Shown piece after piece: positions 11,351 through 24,558 of a stretch of DNA of 64,000 nt. Made by a program: the position numbers and the translations under genes. How positions within the stretch are numbered: the first letter of the stretch is position 1; the number at the start of each line of letters is the position of its first letter. The notes beneath the pieces were generated by a model, which saw nothing but the letters and a program-made list of their open reading frames with translations, ran no database searches and had not been told where the DNA came from. Origin of the DNA: Felis catus (Eukaryota); contig NC_058383.1 in NCBI RefSeq assembly GCF_018350175.1, forward strand, positions 30,196,001 through 30,260,000. Reading direction: 5' to 3'.

Positions 11351-11984
11351 CTAAGTCTAAATGATCTGAATGGTCAGTCGTTTGGAGCAGGGACTGTACA
11401 GGGTAAAGGGTGATGGAAATGTGACCAAAGAGTCTTTATCTTCTCAACCATAAAGCAATGTTCTGTGCAATGAAAGAGCGTGCAGGTGAAGGTGGGGGTG
11501 GTGGTGGTGGTGGTTAGATCAAGGGAGAGGGGTCTCTCAGTAGGCCTCCACGGAATGAGCAGGGAGTCTTTGGGCTGCCCTTGGAGCATCCTGCTGGGGG
11601 TTCCCTCCAGGCCAGTCTTCACCTTGTTCTTGCAATTCACGGGGATCCAAAGAGACTGCTGATTTCGGCCAAGCAGATCTGGGGACAGGCCTCCAGGCAC
11701 CCCGCATGGGGAGCTTCCCACTCTGGCTGCGACCGGAACCCAGTGGTGTGCAGAGGGGAGGCTGAACGTGCCCTCCCGAAGAACCAAGCCCTGCGCGTTG
11801 CTGGGAGAGCCATAATTAGGCCAGATCTCAGCATGGCAGCCAGGATGTGTTTTGAGCGGTTTCCAGCCCTCCTTCCCCAGGGCCTAGTTAACTGAATAAA
11901 CTCTTCCAAAGGGCTGCATATCAGCATTTCACCAGATAAAGTATGGCTCTGACAGTGCTCTCTCTGAGGCAAACCAGAAGGTAG

Positions 11985-12200
11985 GCAGAGTTCGCCAGAC
12001 AGAAGTGGGTTCGAATCCCAGTTGTGCCCGCTTACCAGCTCTTATCCTAGAGAAGTGACTTTACCCTAAAGCCCGGTTTCCTCCTCCTCCGAAAAATGAG
12101 GATAATAATATTACTGACTTCTTAAGGTTGTTGAAATGATTAAATTGAGGTAATCTATATAAAGCTTTTAGCCCAGTGCCTGGGAGATAATCTCTTAGTA
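11985..12200 (+). mobile_element. MIR remnant
   Basis: gggttcgaatcccag..cttaccagct..aagtgacttta..aaaatgaggataataata..aggttgttg..attaaa..cagtgcctgg. Confidence 0.72.
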
Positions 12201-12754
12201 TTTACGAGCAATTATTTTCATTGTTGATAATACACTGAGGTTAATAATTAGCAAAATTAAGAAAGTTAATAGCAAATTAGAGTTTTCAGGGGGACTTTTT
12301 TCCAGAAGGAGCTTCAACATCGCTTCCTTCTAGCATGGAGGGTCTATCAAAGTCTCTGAGCTCCTGAGCCAGGAAGCCCACTGGGTTTCTATGAGGACGG
12401 GAGCACCTCTGCCTTAGGTAAAGGTCACCTCCTTGTTTTCCAATCAAGTAGCAGGTATCAACCAATGGATTGAGCGCCTGAGCATATCCCCCTGCATCCA
12501 GCAAGTTCATCGAAAGTGTTTCAGAAAGTCCTGGATGCTGTGTGATTGGAGAAAGGACACTTCCGGGTAAGCTGCCCTTCTTGCTCTGGTGGCCAGGAAG
12601 CTCAGGGCCAAGAGTCAGCCCATCCTTCTTTCCGTTCTTTGCCAACTCAAACCTTTTCCGGCCTAGGGGATGTTGCATCTGCCATATCCTTGCTGGGAGT
12701 CCCTTCCCTTAAATACATATGGCTCTTTCTCACCTCAAGCAGGTGTGTGTCATT

Positions 12755-13127
12755 GTGTTAGGCCACTTGGGCTATGGTGACAGAATGCCACAGACCAGGT
12801 GTATTATAAACAACAGAAGTCTACTTCTCACAGCTCGGGAGGCTGGAAGGCTGAGATCCGGGTGCCAGCATGGCCAGGTTCTTCCAGTTCCTTCTACTTT
12901 GGAGATTGCTGACGTCTTCTTGCACGCTCCAGAGGCAGAGAGCAGGGAGAGGAAGCAAGCTCTCTAGTGCCTCTTGTAGGGTTCCTGATCCTATTCCTGG
13001 GGGCTCCACCATCATCAGTTTATTGAACCCTAGTCACCTCCTCAGGGCCCCACCTCCTAGTAGCATCACATTGCCAGGTAGGGTTTCAACCCATGAATTT
13101 GGGAGACACAGACTTTCAGTCCATAAC
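12755..13127 (-). mobile_element. MaLR solo LTR (MLT1A-like)
   Basis: acagaatgccacagacc..aaacaacagaagt..ttctcacagctc.ggaggctggaag..ggtgccagcatgg..ccatgaatttggg.gacaca..ttcagtccataac. Confidence 0.8.
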
Positions 13128-13354
13128 CGTCACCTTGACAACACCATCCCTCACTGTCCTGCTTCAAATCTCAGCTCCACCCCAGCACTCTCCAGGCATT
13201 CACCTGTTTTCTGTTTTTCCCTGGGACAGAGGGAAGCCCCTACGACGGGCTGATAGTGACCTGGTCTCAGAAGACCACATGGTATAAATGTGCACCACCT
13301 TCCTACAAAAGTGTCAAGAGCCTTAGAAATATCCATTCCCTTTGACTCAACAAT

Positions 13355-13576
13355 TTAAAAAAATTTTTTTAACACTTATCAATTTTTGAGAAAGAGAGAG
13401 AGACGGAGCATAAACAGAGGAGGGGCAGAGAGAGAGAGAGAGGGAGACACAGAATCCCAAGTAGGGGCCAGGCTCTGAGCTGTTAGCACAGAGCCCGATG
13501 TGGGGCTCGAACCCAGGAACCGTATCATGACCTGAGCTGAAGTCGGACGCTTAACCGACTGAGCCACCATGTGCCC
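13355..13576 (-). mobile_element. Can-SINE (SINEC_Fc-like)
   Basis: Antisense SINE body ending cttaaccgactgagccacc..gtgccc. TSD tcaacaat. Confidence 0.95.
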
Positions 13577-15429
13577 TGAATCAACAATCTGACTCATAGA
13601 AATAGCCTGAGGTACCAGGAAATACAAAGAATTGTGAGCAAGGACATTTATCCACATGTAGACGTGAAAACTTGGAAGCCGCCTAAATATCCACCCAGAG
13701 GGGAATGAAGACGTTATTGAACATTGATATGTTGCAACATTGTGTGGGCATTTCAAGTCCTTCCTGCTATGGGGATGCCATTAAACTGCAAAATAAATTT
13801 GGATATTAATATGTATTTATAGCGTCGTCCTGAATGGGTGCATGGGAGACAGTATTTCACACTAAGTTCCTTACAGATGGAAAGACAGGTGATTATTCTC
13901 TTTACCCCTTCTGTATTTTCTAAGGTATGTTTACAATGAACATGCATTACACGTACAATAAGGAAATAGTATTATAATCTGCACGACGGGTTTTTCACAA
14001 TCCCATCTTGGATGGCTTTGTTGCTGTGACGCTGCTGTCAGTCCCCCAAGCAGAATGGGATCAAACACATCCCCAGCGTTCCTGGACACAGTGAGGCAGG
14101 GATCTGCCTTTTTTTTTTTTTAATTTTTCTGTGTGCCTTTTGGAAAACAGCAGGCACAGCAAATAACAACCCTCTAGATAATACAAGTGGGTAAATATTG
14201 CCAGGATTTGTTACATAAAATGCTAAAAAATTATAACTTGAGGATGTAACCACCTATTTTGCCACCTTCAGAAATCCCCGTGTCTGTTCCTGCCAAAAAA
14301 GATGGAGGGTGGGGAATTTTGCAGAGGAAAAAAAAATCGTAACTCTTTTCTTTCAAACTGACAGAGCTTAAAGAGGTGGGGCTGGTAATGGAGGCAAATG
14401 CTGCAGTAAGTAAAATAAAAGATGTTGGCTGTTATCACCTCTGAAGGCACAAGGGAGGTGGATTTTGCAGGAGGAGTGACAGGTGTCACCCTCTGGAAAG
14501 ACTGGTGACAGAATACTTCTCAGATGTGCAAGGAAGGCAGGGAGGCTTTTCCCCCCTCTCCTCTAACTAACAGACGCGCACAGAGTCGGGTACAGATTCA
14601 AGAGGGGCAGACTGAGCCCACAAAAACCTGCCTTGTGATTTGGGGCAAGTCAGGGAGAAGCTCCCAAGAAAGGAGAAGAGCAACATCTCTGAATCAACAT
14701 TCCCTCTTCTGCACGTTCAAACTTTTTCTTTGCACACCACAGGCGTTGTTCCTCACCCTGCATTGTGGGATACATTTTTCATCACTGGTTTTCCCACTCT
14801 CTGGTCTTCCTAAGGTTTTCCTCTTCTAACCCCCACCCCCTCCTGCCCAGCCAAGTCTTGGCAACAGTGTTAAACTGCACTGCACCTGCTCAGCACTGGA
14901 GACATCGCTTACCCGCCCAGGCCCCTGCAGGAGGGTGAACCCTCCAAGGTGAAAAGGCCCAAAGCTGACCCAAACCTGATATGTATGGCCAGTCTCTGCC
15001 TGGGGCTCCAGTTCTAATTTCTGATGCCCTCAGAAGGACTGGCCAATGTCAGGCAGGGCCTACCTGATACCTTGGGCCAGTGCCAGGGCAGAAGCCTCAG
15101 CCAGAGCCCCGTTAAGACACTGCTGGGATCTTGGGGATTGATTTCGGAAGCTTTGATTGAGTTCAGTACTTTTCCGGAAGGGTAGGAGGCCTGCAGTGGC
15201 TGGGCGGCTGCCCTAAATTCAGGCTCATAAAATTCCCCTGGTCAGCCCAATATTCTAGGTTAGCTAATGGTCTTAAGCTAGAGGCCCACAGTCAAATTCA
15301 GCCCATAAAAATACTTTCCTTGGCCTGCACATGATTTTTGTGTATTTAAATTACTTGTCAAGATGTAAACTTGAATGATTCCATGTGAAAGTCTGCTTTT
15401 CTGGCTTTTTAAATATAAAGTGTTGATTG

Positions 15430-15650
15430 CAGAGTGTAATATTTAAGAACATGAACTCTGGAGCCAGGTATCTGGGTTTAGAACCCCAGCTCTGTGATTG
15501 GGGGCAAGTTACCAAACCTCTCTGTGCCTCAATTTTCTCATTTGTCAAATGGGAATAATAACAATAATAATAACTATCTCAAATGCTTGTTGTAAGGATT
15601 AAATGAATTAACATAAGCCATGCTTTTGCACCAGTGCCTGCCATTTATGT
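15430..15650 (+). mobile_element. MIR remnant
   Basis: gaactctggagccag..ggcaagtta..aacctctctgtgcctcaattttctcatttg.aaatgggaataata..gttgtaaggattaaatga. Confidence 0.8.
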
Positions 15651-15939
15651 GTTAGAACAGTTACTACAGTATGTCGCAATTAACACCAGACAGGCATTCC
15701 CAGCAGTCTCTCCCTCATTCAAGACAGGGCATAACCTTCCATTTTATTGTATTTCCCACCCCACTCGATTCACTCATTACATTAGCTGCCTGACCTCTGT
15801 AAGTATTTGAACTTAAGAGCCCTGGTCTCAGATGAAGATACAGTACTTGCCAATGTGGGACTTTGTATGCCCAATGTGGAAGACTGACTCGGGCACCTGT
15901 CAGGAGATCCCACAGCTGCACACTTTGGGTACTAGGAAG

Positions 15940-16370
15940 TCTGTGGGCATAATGTGTGGGACATTATTTCCTGCTCCTGATTTGGCCATGTGACTTAGTT
16001 TGGGCAACTGCACGAAAGCAGAATTGATGATGTGTCAGTTCTGAGCCTAAGTCTTAAATTTTTTTCTCTTGCATTTTCATTGCTATAGAGAACGAAAAGC
16101 TCAGGCTAGATACTGGTCCTAGAAAAAGGAGGAGTGGTACACAAGGCAGGCCATCCCTGGTTAAGGGGACCTATCCAAATCCAGCATGGAGTAGGGCCCC
16201 AGCTGAACTGCAGAAGTATTAGCAAACCCAGCAGAGATGTGCTGAAACCAATCCAGACCAGCCAATCCTTGGAGAACCCACACTACACGCCACAGAATAA
16301 GAAATGGCTGTTGTTTTAAAGCCACTGAGTGTTGGGGTGGATTGTTACACAGAAAACACGAGCTGATAAA
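15940..16370 (+). mobile_element. MaLR solo LTR (old MLT1)
   Basis: ttggccatgtgacttagtttgg..gagcctaagtcttaa..gaataa..tggctgttgttttaaagccactgagtgttggggtggattgttacacag. Confidence 0.65.
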
Positions 16371-17292
16371 CTGTCCAGTGGAACCCCTTAGCATCACTCA
16401 GTCACTGAATGGGACACCGCAAATTTTCCAGGGGACACAGTGATGATGCCATCTTTGTTAGCGGTGGCCAGACGCTGAGAATGGAGCTGCTCTTAACCTC
16501 ACATGAAGGGTCCAACATTCAAGAGTGGGAGTGTTGGATAGCCACCTGTCAGTTGGGTGCCCCAAACCTTCACACAGCCTTGGGCAAAACCATGGGATTA
16601 CAAACCAAAGCCCTTCAAGGATTTTCTCAGTTCCCTAGACTTCACATGGTTCTTGTCATTTCCACATCAGTGTAAATGCCCTATCACCAAGTTTTTGTTC
16701 ATTTGTTTAACTGTTTAGTCTGGCTACACAATGGAAGAATGGACTAACGGAGGCAGAGCCTGGAAGTTCAAGAGCTATCTCAATAAATTTAAGAAGACTG
16801 AAATCTACATGCACCCTTCCCAACCACAACAGTATGAAACTAGAAATCAATCACACACAAAAAAGAAGCTATTGGTGATTTCTAGGCAGAAGATAGTGTT
16901 GGCCCTGAATGAAGAAGATTTCAGAAACGAGTAAACAGATTCTGTAATAAAAACAATGTCAGTAACAACACTTATCAGATGTAGGCCACTGTTCTAAGAG
17001 CATCACATATATTCAATCAACAATCTTATGGGTCACGTACTGTTACACCTTCCACTTTATAGACAGTGATGTTGAGGCCAAAGTGACCCAGCGTGCAAAT
17101 GGTGAGTTCAAAACCGGGAAGAGCTTGAGTCTGGGCTCTTAACCACTGTATGATGTCACTACCGCATTTTTTAGGAGCTTTGCAGGTGGTGGAATAAGCA
17201 GGAATTGGTGGTTTCTTAGCCACAGGGGGTGAGGGACAGGGAGTTTAAAACAATTCAGAGACAACATGGTCTTCTTGTTTGTTCTAGGGAAT

Positions 17293-17293
<1 letters not shown>

Positions 17294-17327
<34 letters not shown>
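17294..17327 (+). repeat. (TG)n microsatellite
   Basis: Read directly from the sequence. Confidence 0.95.
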
Positions 17328-17329
<2 letters not shown>

Positions 17330-18120
17330 ACATGCGCGCATCCATATATCATGACAAACAAGAAAAAGTCCACTCACAGAGTACAATTTTGATTAGAGAA
17401 GAAAAGACTCACGGGAGAATAATGATTCTCACCAAATATTAGGAGGACTATCAAATATTTGGTTCTGACTTGGTTCTCCGAAAGTAGCACTGGGACAAAG
17501 AGGTATAGTTTTCTGAGAGAAGGATTGGATTTCAACGGAAGGAAGAACTTCCCTTGGTCAGAATTTTACATGGGGTGCAAGCTGCCTCAGATGTTCCGAA
17601 GGTACTTGGCACAGTGGTTGCCTAAGTGGGGCCTCCACATCCCTTGGCAGGGAGAGGGAATAAAAGAACCCAGCAGTGGTGTGTCTGCTGTGTGTCACAT
17701 CAGATAAACAAGTTATTTCAGAACAATCACAAAACCATTGGTGTAAAAGAACTTGTCCAGATCCTGTCTGCCACAGCTGGACACTCATCGCCCTATCGCA
17801 GAATAAACGGAGGCTTTCTGAAATCCGTTTGCCTCTTTGACTTTTCCAGTTAATAACTGCAGCCAAGATGTGACAAGATTAACAGCCGTTTGGAGGGGGA
17901 GAAACCCTGTGTATGGTTGGCTTTGTCTTGTTCTTTTTAAAAAAGATCCTTATTTGACGAGAAGCCGTGTTCCTTCTGCCTAGAACAGAGATCAATACTG
18001 GCTTTTCTGCTAAAGCTAGCAAGCATATTTTCTTTATTTCCAAGAGACGACTGCTGGGACCAGGGGGGCCAAATGTCCTCATTCAACTGGATGCACTAGA
18101 ACTTTTGCTCTTTGACAACA

Positions 18121-18342
18121 TTAAAAAATTTTTTTAAATGTTTATTTATTTTTGAGAGAGGGAGAGACAGAGAGCATGAGCAGGGGAGGGGCAGAGAGAG
18201 AGGGAGAGACAGAATCCAAAGCAGGCTCCAGGCTCTGAGCTGTCAGCACAGAGCCTGATGTGGGGCTCAAACTCACGAACCGTGAGATCATGACCTGAGC
18301 TGATGTCCAAAACCTGACCAATTGAGCCACCCAGGCGTCCCC
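18121..18342 (-). mobile_element. Can-SINE (SINEC_Fc-like)
   Basis: aatgtttatttatttttgagagag..gcaggctccaggctctgagctgtcagcacagagcc..gagccacccaggcgtcccc. TSD acaacatt. Confidence 0.96.
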
Positions 18343-18349
18343 AACAACA

Positions 18350-18408
18350 TTTTTTTTTAACTGCTTTTTTTTTAACTGCTTTTTTTTAACTGCTTTTTTT
18401 TTAACTGC
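18350..18408 (+). repeat. Tandem (Tn-AACTGC) x4
   Basis: ttttttt(tt)aactgc is repeated four times directly after the SINE head. Confidence 0.9.
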
Positions 18409-19062
18409 TGTGTCCCCTCAGGGCACAGTGTACAAGCCCACCCTGGAGACCTTCCTTCCCTCCCTGCTCTTGTCCTGAAGTGAAGATTTCTTTTTGTGTG
18501 ACTCCCCCTCACCTGAGTGGTGCTCTCTGGCAGGCATGGGGACTGGGCCTCTAGGATCTGTACAACTTGAGTATACAATGGAGGCCACCAGGGAGATCGA
18601 CAGATCAGTGCAAGCCAGATATTTGAGAGAGACTTCAGAAGATGGAGAAAGAGAAAAAAAAAAAACAAAAAAAAACAACTCCGAACATCTGCCACTAGGT
18701 TTCGGATGAGCACAGAGCTAGTAACAGACTCCAAGTAAAAAGATCAGGGAAATGTAAACACCAGGGTCATTCCAAGAGCTGAGGTACAAAAGAGGGAAAC
18801 TCCAGTCTTTCTTGATAAGCTGCGCAGGGATAGATACCCAATTCCTCTGTTTGTTGGGTTCCAACTGTTTGATGCAAAAAAAGAGTGTGTCACGAGTAGC
18901 CGGAATAAGAAGCAGCCATCAGGACAAACACACACATTCTGGGTTGTAATTGGGCTCGTGTGCGTCACCACCACTTCTGGCTTCTGCCTAGTTCAGGACA
19001 TGGACAGAACACAGAAGCAACAGCAGCTCCACATTTGGCCTCTTCTTTTCCTTAAGATCACA

Positions 19063-19285
19063 TTTTGATTCGTTTGTTCGTTTGTTTTAGAGGGTGGGGG
19101 GAGAGAGGGAGAGAGAGAGGGAAAAGGAGTGGGGGAAGGGCAGAGGGAGAGAAAGAGAGAGAATCTCCAGCAGGCTCCACACTCCACATGGAGCCTGATG
19201 CAGGGCTCAATCCCACAACCCTGGGATCACGACCTGAGCCAAAACCAAGAGTTAGACGCTCAACCGACTGAGCCACCCAGGTCCC
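19063..19285 (-). mobile_element. Can-SINE (older carnivore subfamily)
   Basis: gagaatctccagcaggctcc..gagcctgatgcagggctcaatcccacaaccctgggatcacgacctgagcc..ctcaaccgactgagccacccagg. Confidence 0.93.
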
Positions 19286-21589
19286 GTCTTGGGCTCTGTC
19301 TTTTGATATTGCATATTCTTTCGAGTCATATGACATCTTTGATGAAAGACAAGTCAAATATCAAATTAAAACATGCACTTGAACATAGACTGGCGGGCAT
19401 GCCTAAATGTAATTACCTGATCTACGCCAACATGCTTCTATTTTCTCTTGGCCCCAGGCCGGTACACCACCACCAGCACAAGATAATTGAGAGCAGTTCA
19501 CAAGCAACATCATCCAGAGAAAAGACATCAGGTATATTTGGGTGATGGAGTTAATGGGGTTATTTGGTCATTCCTGTGGGGACTTGAAATTTCTAGACTG
19601 TCAGAAGTGAAAGATGTACTTTGCAAAGATTGCCAAAAAGAGAAGTTCTATCCCACGTGATCTTTAGTGATGCCACTTTGTCACTATTCTTCAAGGGCTG
19701 GGGTCTGCTGGGCTGGCCAGGACCCTTGGTTTTGACCAACTACCAGGGGAGGAGGTGATATTGTGTAAGTTTTAGAGTATGGGTTTCCAGAGACCACCAA
19801 GTGAGGAAGTTGATCTAGCTTCCAGAAGCCATGGAGGTGGGGGCACCAAGGCCACCATCAGCAACCAGCCTCTCCCTTTGCAGCTTTAGTTCCGGGGGCA
19901 AGCTGATCTCAGAGCTTGTGCTAGAAGGTGGGTCTCCAGGCCTCTATTCTCATGTCCTTAAAGAGTGTGCTCAACACTGCCACTGTCCTCTGTGAGGTGA
20001 CACAGTAGGAAGGGACAACACAGAGTTGCCAAAGTCAGAGGGCTGCAGCCTCAGCTGCTTGCTGTGTGTCTATACACAAGTACAATGGCCTCTCTGGACC
20101 TCAACCCCCTCATGTGCGGGACGAGCAGTTTGGAGGCGTGAACTGCCAGGCTCCGTTAACTTCTGAGAGTCCCCTGATCATGCCTTGAAAGCATGCCTCC
20201 TCAGCTCTTTTGTCACAGTGGGAGCTCAGAGATTTTACTGTGACAGGCTGGAAGCCAGCGAGGGGGAGGCAGGGGGTTGCAATTCATTCTGTCAGCTCCC
20301 CTTCTTCTAAAGGGTAACATTGTCACTCACAGCTTATCTTGCTGTGAACTTTCCTTAATGGTTTAGTTGAATTCAGACTCAGATTAATCATCCTGGACCA
20401 CAAGCAACACGACAAACTCATCACTAATTAATTGTCAGCAACTCAAGATACCACATTCCCCATGCAGAAGGTCTGTTTCTCCATCAGCCTCTGTCCTCCT
20501 AGGTGCTCACGATGCTGTGACATGTCATTCTCTGGATGGGCATCTTGACTACGAGTGTAAGTGGATGCTCGCCGTGGAGGAGAATAGTCAAGAAAAGACA
20601 CAATCCAGGAAAGTGTATTTCTGTGTCCGTCTTCGTCCCCAAAACAATGCTGCATGTAAGGGAGAGGCTCTGCTTTGGCTGCCTCCTGGAAATGAAAATG
20701 TTCGCCCTTGCAGTGTTAAATAAAAATGCAATAGTATTGCTACGCAGGCAATACTGTAGGAGCGCAGATTAGGTCATACCATAAATGGGCCCTGAAGTTG
20801 TATTTTCAACACAGTTTCTTATCAGAGAGATTTTTTTCACACGCAGCTATGCACATCCCATTCCACCTATGTTCAGTGTTAAATCTGCGCACAGGACAGT
20901 AGATGTGCGTTGAAGGAAGTAATGAGTCTCTCTTACAAAACAACTACACGTTTGTTTGTTTTTTTCTAGTTCCTTGCCCTTGATTCCTCAAGTCACAGTA
21001 TTCGTACTTCTGGGGCCACGCAGCAATTTCAGGATCAGTGAGGATTCTTCAGAGATTATATAAAGGCAGAAGCACAACTTCAAATGAGCTTGGGGCAAAG
21101 AGGGAATTTTTGAATCGTGTGTCTGGAAGGCAAGTTGGGCGGGTCACAGCGATCAAACAAAAGGGTGTGGGAGTCTGGAGTTTGAGGATTCATCTTGGAA
21201 TTCAATACTGCCAGAAATCAGTCATCAATCAATCAATCAATCAATCAACAAACCAAGTCTTCTCTCTCTACCATGTTGGGGGGACACAAGCCAGAAAGCA
21301 GGAGGAGTGATCTCATCAGATCCCAACCACGCTAGAACCCTGACCTTGGACTTCTAGAACCCTGACCTTGGACTTCTAGCCTTCAGAACTGTCAGAAAAT
21401 ACATTTCTGTTGCTCGAGCCACCCACTCCTGCAGGTCTATTGGTGTGGCAGCCTGAGCCGACTAAAACAGCAAACTAGTCTAGTCTTCCTCTTATCTCCC
21501 TGATATTTTATTGTTTATGCTCTTTTCATGGTTGGTTTTTACCCAGTCCTGTGTTTTCAATTATTATTACCTTTCAGGCCACCTGGATA

Positions 21590-22460
21590 CACTCTTTGAC
21601 CCAGATCTCCCATCTGAGCTGTGTATTAACATTTCTTCCTGCCTACTATGTGGTTCCATGGGTGCCTCACAGGTGCATGTCCAAAACAGAACATACCATT
21701 TCCTCCCAAAGCTCCTCCTCCATCGTGGTGCCCACCATACTCTTTATCTCTCTGGGTGGACCTGAATTCACCCATTGGTGACAGGGTGTCCAAGTCGACG
21801 ACGCATCCTTCTTCCTCACCCTCAGGTGCAAACACTCACCAGATCCTACTTATACCACCAAGCAGTTCTAGAACTGCCCTGTTTATCATCACTTTCGCCG
21901 ACAACACTTTTGTGAAACCGCCATGGCTCAGCTGGATTTCCACCCGTTCCCCAACATGGTCCCAGGATTTCGGTTCCACTGTATGTAATCTCTCCTACAC
22001 TCTGGAGCCAAACCAGACTATGCTGTTCCTCTGCCTAAAACTCAGCACAGGCCAAAGTTCCTGAATGTTCTGACCCCCACTCACCTCCCCAGCATTCTTT
22101 CTTGCTCCTTCCCCCGCACACTCTTTACTCAGGCCATGTGGATCCACTTAGGATTCTTTTGAAATGTATCCTTCTCACTCATGCCTCTGGATGTTTGAAT
22201 ATCTACTCTCTCTATCTAAAAACATCATTTCTATTGCTCTTTACCTGATTAACTACTTCTGACTTCAGCTTAGTTGTTCTTCCTTTGGGAATCCTTCTCA
22301 TCCCCCTACATTTGATAAAGTTCTCACGGGATCTCAGAGACCAGGTTATCAATCTTGTTGTAGGACCACTTTACAGTGGTATCAACGATGGGCTTCCTTG
22401 TGAGTTCCTTAATTAGTGTCTTTTGTGGATCCTTAATTGATATTTGTTTAGTGAGTGAAT
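21590..22460 (+). mobile_element. L2 LINE remnant
   Basis: ccagatctc..atctgagct..gtgcctcacagg..tgtccaaaacagaac..cctaaaactc..ends in ttgtttagtgagtgaat, the typical L2 3' terminus. Confidence 0.6.
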
Positions 22461-24010
22461 CAATAAAGTAATGAGTGAAAAAGATAGACAAACAGGTATA
22501 TAAACCCGTAACCACACTCCAGTTGCATAGTGACTATAATTCATTCAGCTCAGCTTTTACTAAAAGGACAAAACATAAATAAATGAACTCCACACCTTCA
22601 CCTTTTTAATGGAAATATGTTTATAAGGCCTCTAAGGAGTATCATCTTTATGGCTTGATACACAAGGTCCAAAATGTTTATGTGTCCTCTCTGCTAATTC
22701 CAGTACCTTTTTCTTAAAAGTCTATTCTATCCATCAGTATCTGCTGTTTTGGGGTACTTTGGATGAAGATCTATTTTGTCAACAATGTCCCCCTAGTGAT
22801 AAATAAACACACATGAAAGCTCTCAGATGGCCTTCGCAAATGACATGTTCCTGCCTGTTACTCTTTATCTAATATTTTATTTATTAATAGTTATAAAATA
22901 TTTATTAATAGTTTATTAGATCTAATAAACAAACACTGGCTGTTGTATTTTACCCAGACAAGTGGTTCACTCAGATCTGTATGCCTGTTTTATCTGGGTT
23001 CGTGATGTTGATTTCACACAGGTGCAAATAACTTTAGTGACAAAGAAGATGCTTGGGTACAGGTGGTTAGTGAAAGACAGGATAGAAGTAGACACTTCTG
23101 GTTTGATGTCCGTGACGAAAACAAACAACAGAAGAAAAGCATCCACATGTTCTTTAAATCTATAGGAGAATGGGGAGGAAGAGAAGAGTACCACCAATAC
23201 ATAATGACACAAGAGAAAGCTCTGGAAAATGGCAGGCAATGGGGTGGAGGAAATAAAGAACAATGGCCATGAGTTGTCATCAGGGCAAGGAATTAAAAGG
23301 TAGAGCAGTGGAGCTAGGCCCTGGGTATCAGAGTGGCTTTACTGACATTTATTCTAAGACAAGGTTTTGTGTACAAATCTTGTACCCAGAAATTCTGACA
23401 AAGACTCCCAGAGCGTGATCTACGGCCAGTGAAGTAGGGCTGTGCCCAGACAACTCATAGCTTTTAGGAAAGACTGGAAGATCACTTATTCAAAATGAAA
23501 AAATCCTCTGCTTACACACCTTAAAGGGAAGCCCAGTCTCCAATCTCCTCCTCCAGCCTTAAGGCCCCCATGATCGAAATCTGCATTCATTGCCAAGAGA
23601 ACAAGAAATTTCACTTCAACTAAGGAATTATTCCTTGGCTGCCAACATCACTCAATTTAAATTACATCAACAATTAGGACAGGCAACCAATACCTGCCAT
23701 ACGTTTGAAGAAAACTAACAACGTGAAAAAGAATTTCAAAATACAAGCAGCAGCAAATTAATGTCTGGGGGAAGAGTTAACACAATAAACCGAAGGAAAC
23801 TTACCCATTTATCACATCAGTAAGAAAAGACAGGATGCCAAGGAAAAGAAACACCCACAACTCTCAAAACACAAAATTTTAAAACCATAATTGCCAAATT
23901 AAAAACTAAAATGTAGTAAGTGGATGGTCTGCATAGAAGAACGGATACCAGTGAAGACTAAAATCTGGACCGGGATACTAAGGTGAAGGGTTTTGTCAGA
24001 ACTGGTGAAA

Positions 24011-24268
24011 AAAAAAAAGTTAGAGAGGGAGGGAGCCAAACCATAAGAGACTTAAAAACTGAGAATAAACCAAGGGTTGATGGGGGAGTGGGAGGGAGAG
24101 GAGGGGAGGTGATGGGCATTGAGGAGGGCACCTGTTGGAAGGAGCATTGGGTGTTGTATGGAAACCAATTTGACAATAAATTTCATATTTAAAAAAATAA
24201 CAAAATAACAAAATAAAAAATGAATAAACATTAAAACAAATAAAAATCAAAAAAATTAAAAAATAAAG
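24011..24268 (+). mobile_element. 5'-truncated carnivore L1 3' UTR plus poly(A)
   Basis: Closely similar to 858-1025 of this window (gttagag..gggagccaaa.cataagagact..gggtgttgtatggaaaccaatttg.caataaatttcatat). Confidence 0.95.
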
Positions 24269-24351
24269 TTTTTTCTAAAATTTTTATATACATTAAATAT
24301 GACATTTCAGTAGTTGGCAACCTAGAATTTATTCATTTAAAATAAAAACAT

Positions 24352-24558
24352 GGGGGCACCTGGGTGGTTCAGTCGGTTACACGGCCAACTTCAGCTCAGA
24401 TCATGATCTTGTGGTTCATGAGTTCAAGCCCCACATTGGGCTCTGTGCTGACAGCTGGGAGCCTGGAGCCTGCTTCGGATTCTGTGTCTCCCTCTCTCTC
24501 TGCCCTTCCCCTGCTCACGCTCTCTTTCTCAAAAATAAATAAATATTTAAAAACATTT
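24352..24558 (+). mobile_element. Can-SINE (SINEC_Fc-like); its tail resumes at 24662-24675 after a nested L1 fragment
   Basis: ggggcacctgggtggttcagtcggtt head and standard body. TSD taaaataaaaa(c/a)atg at ~24338-24352 and ~24676-24690. Confidence 0.93.

Noticed and set aside
18350..18408. Regularly spaced short repeats resembling an array
   Set aside because: No unique spacers; a slippage repeat in mammalian DNA, not CRISPR-like.
22962..23280. Overlapping 67-98 aa ORFs in non-repetitive sequence
   Set aside because: No recognisable homology, splice signals or processed-pseudogene hallmarks; lengths are compatible with chance.
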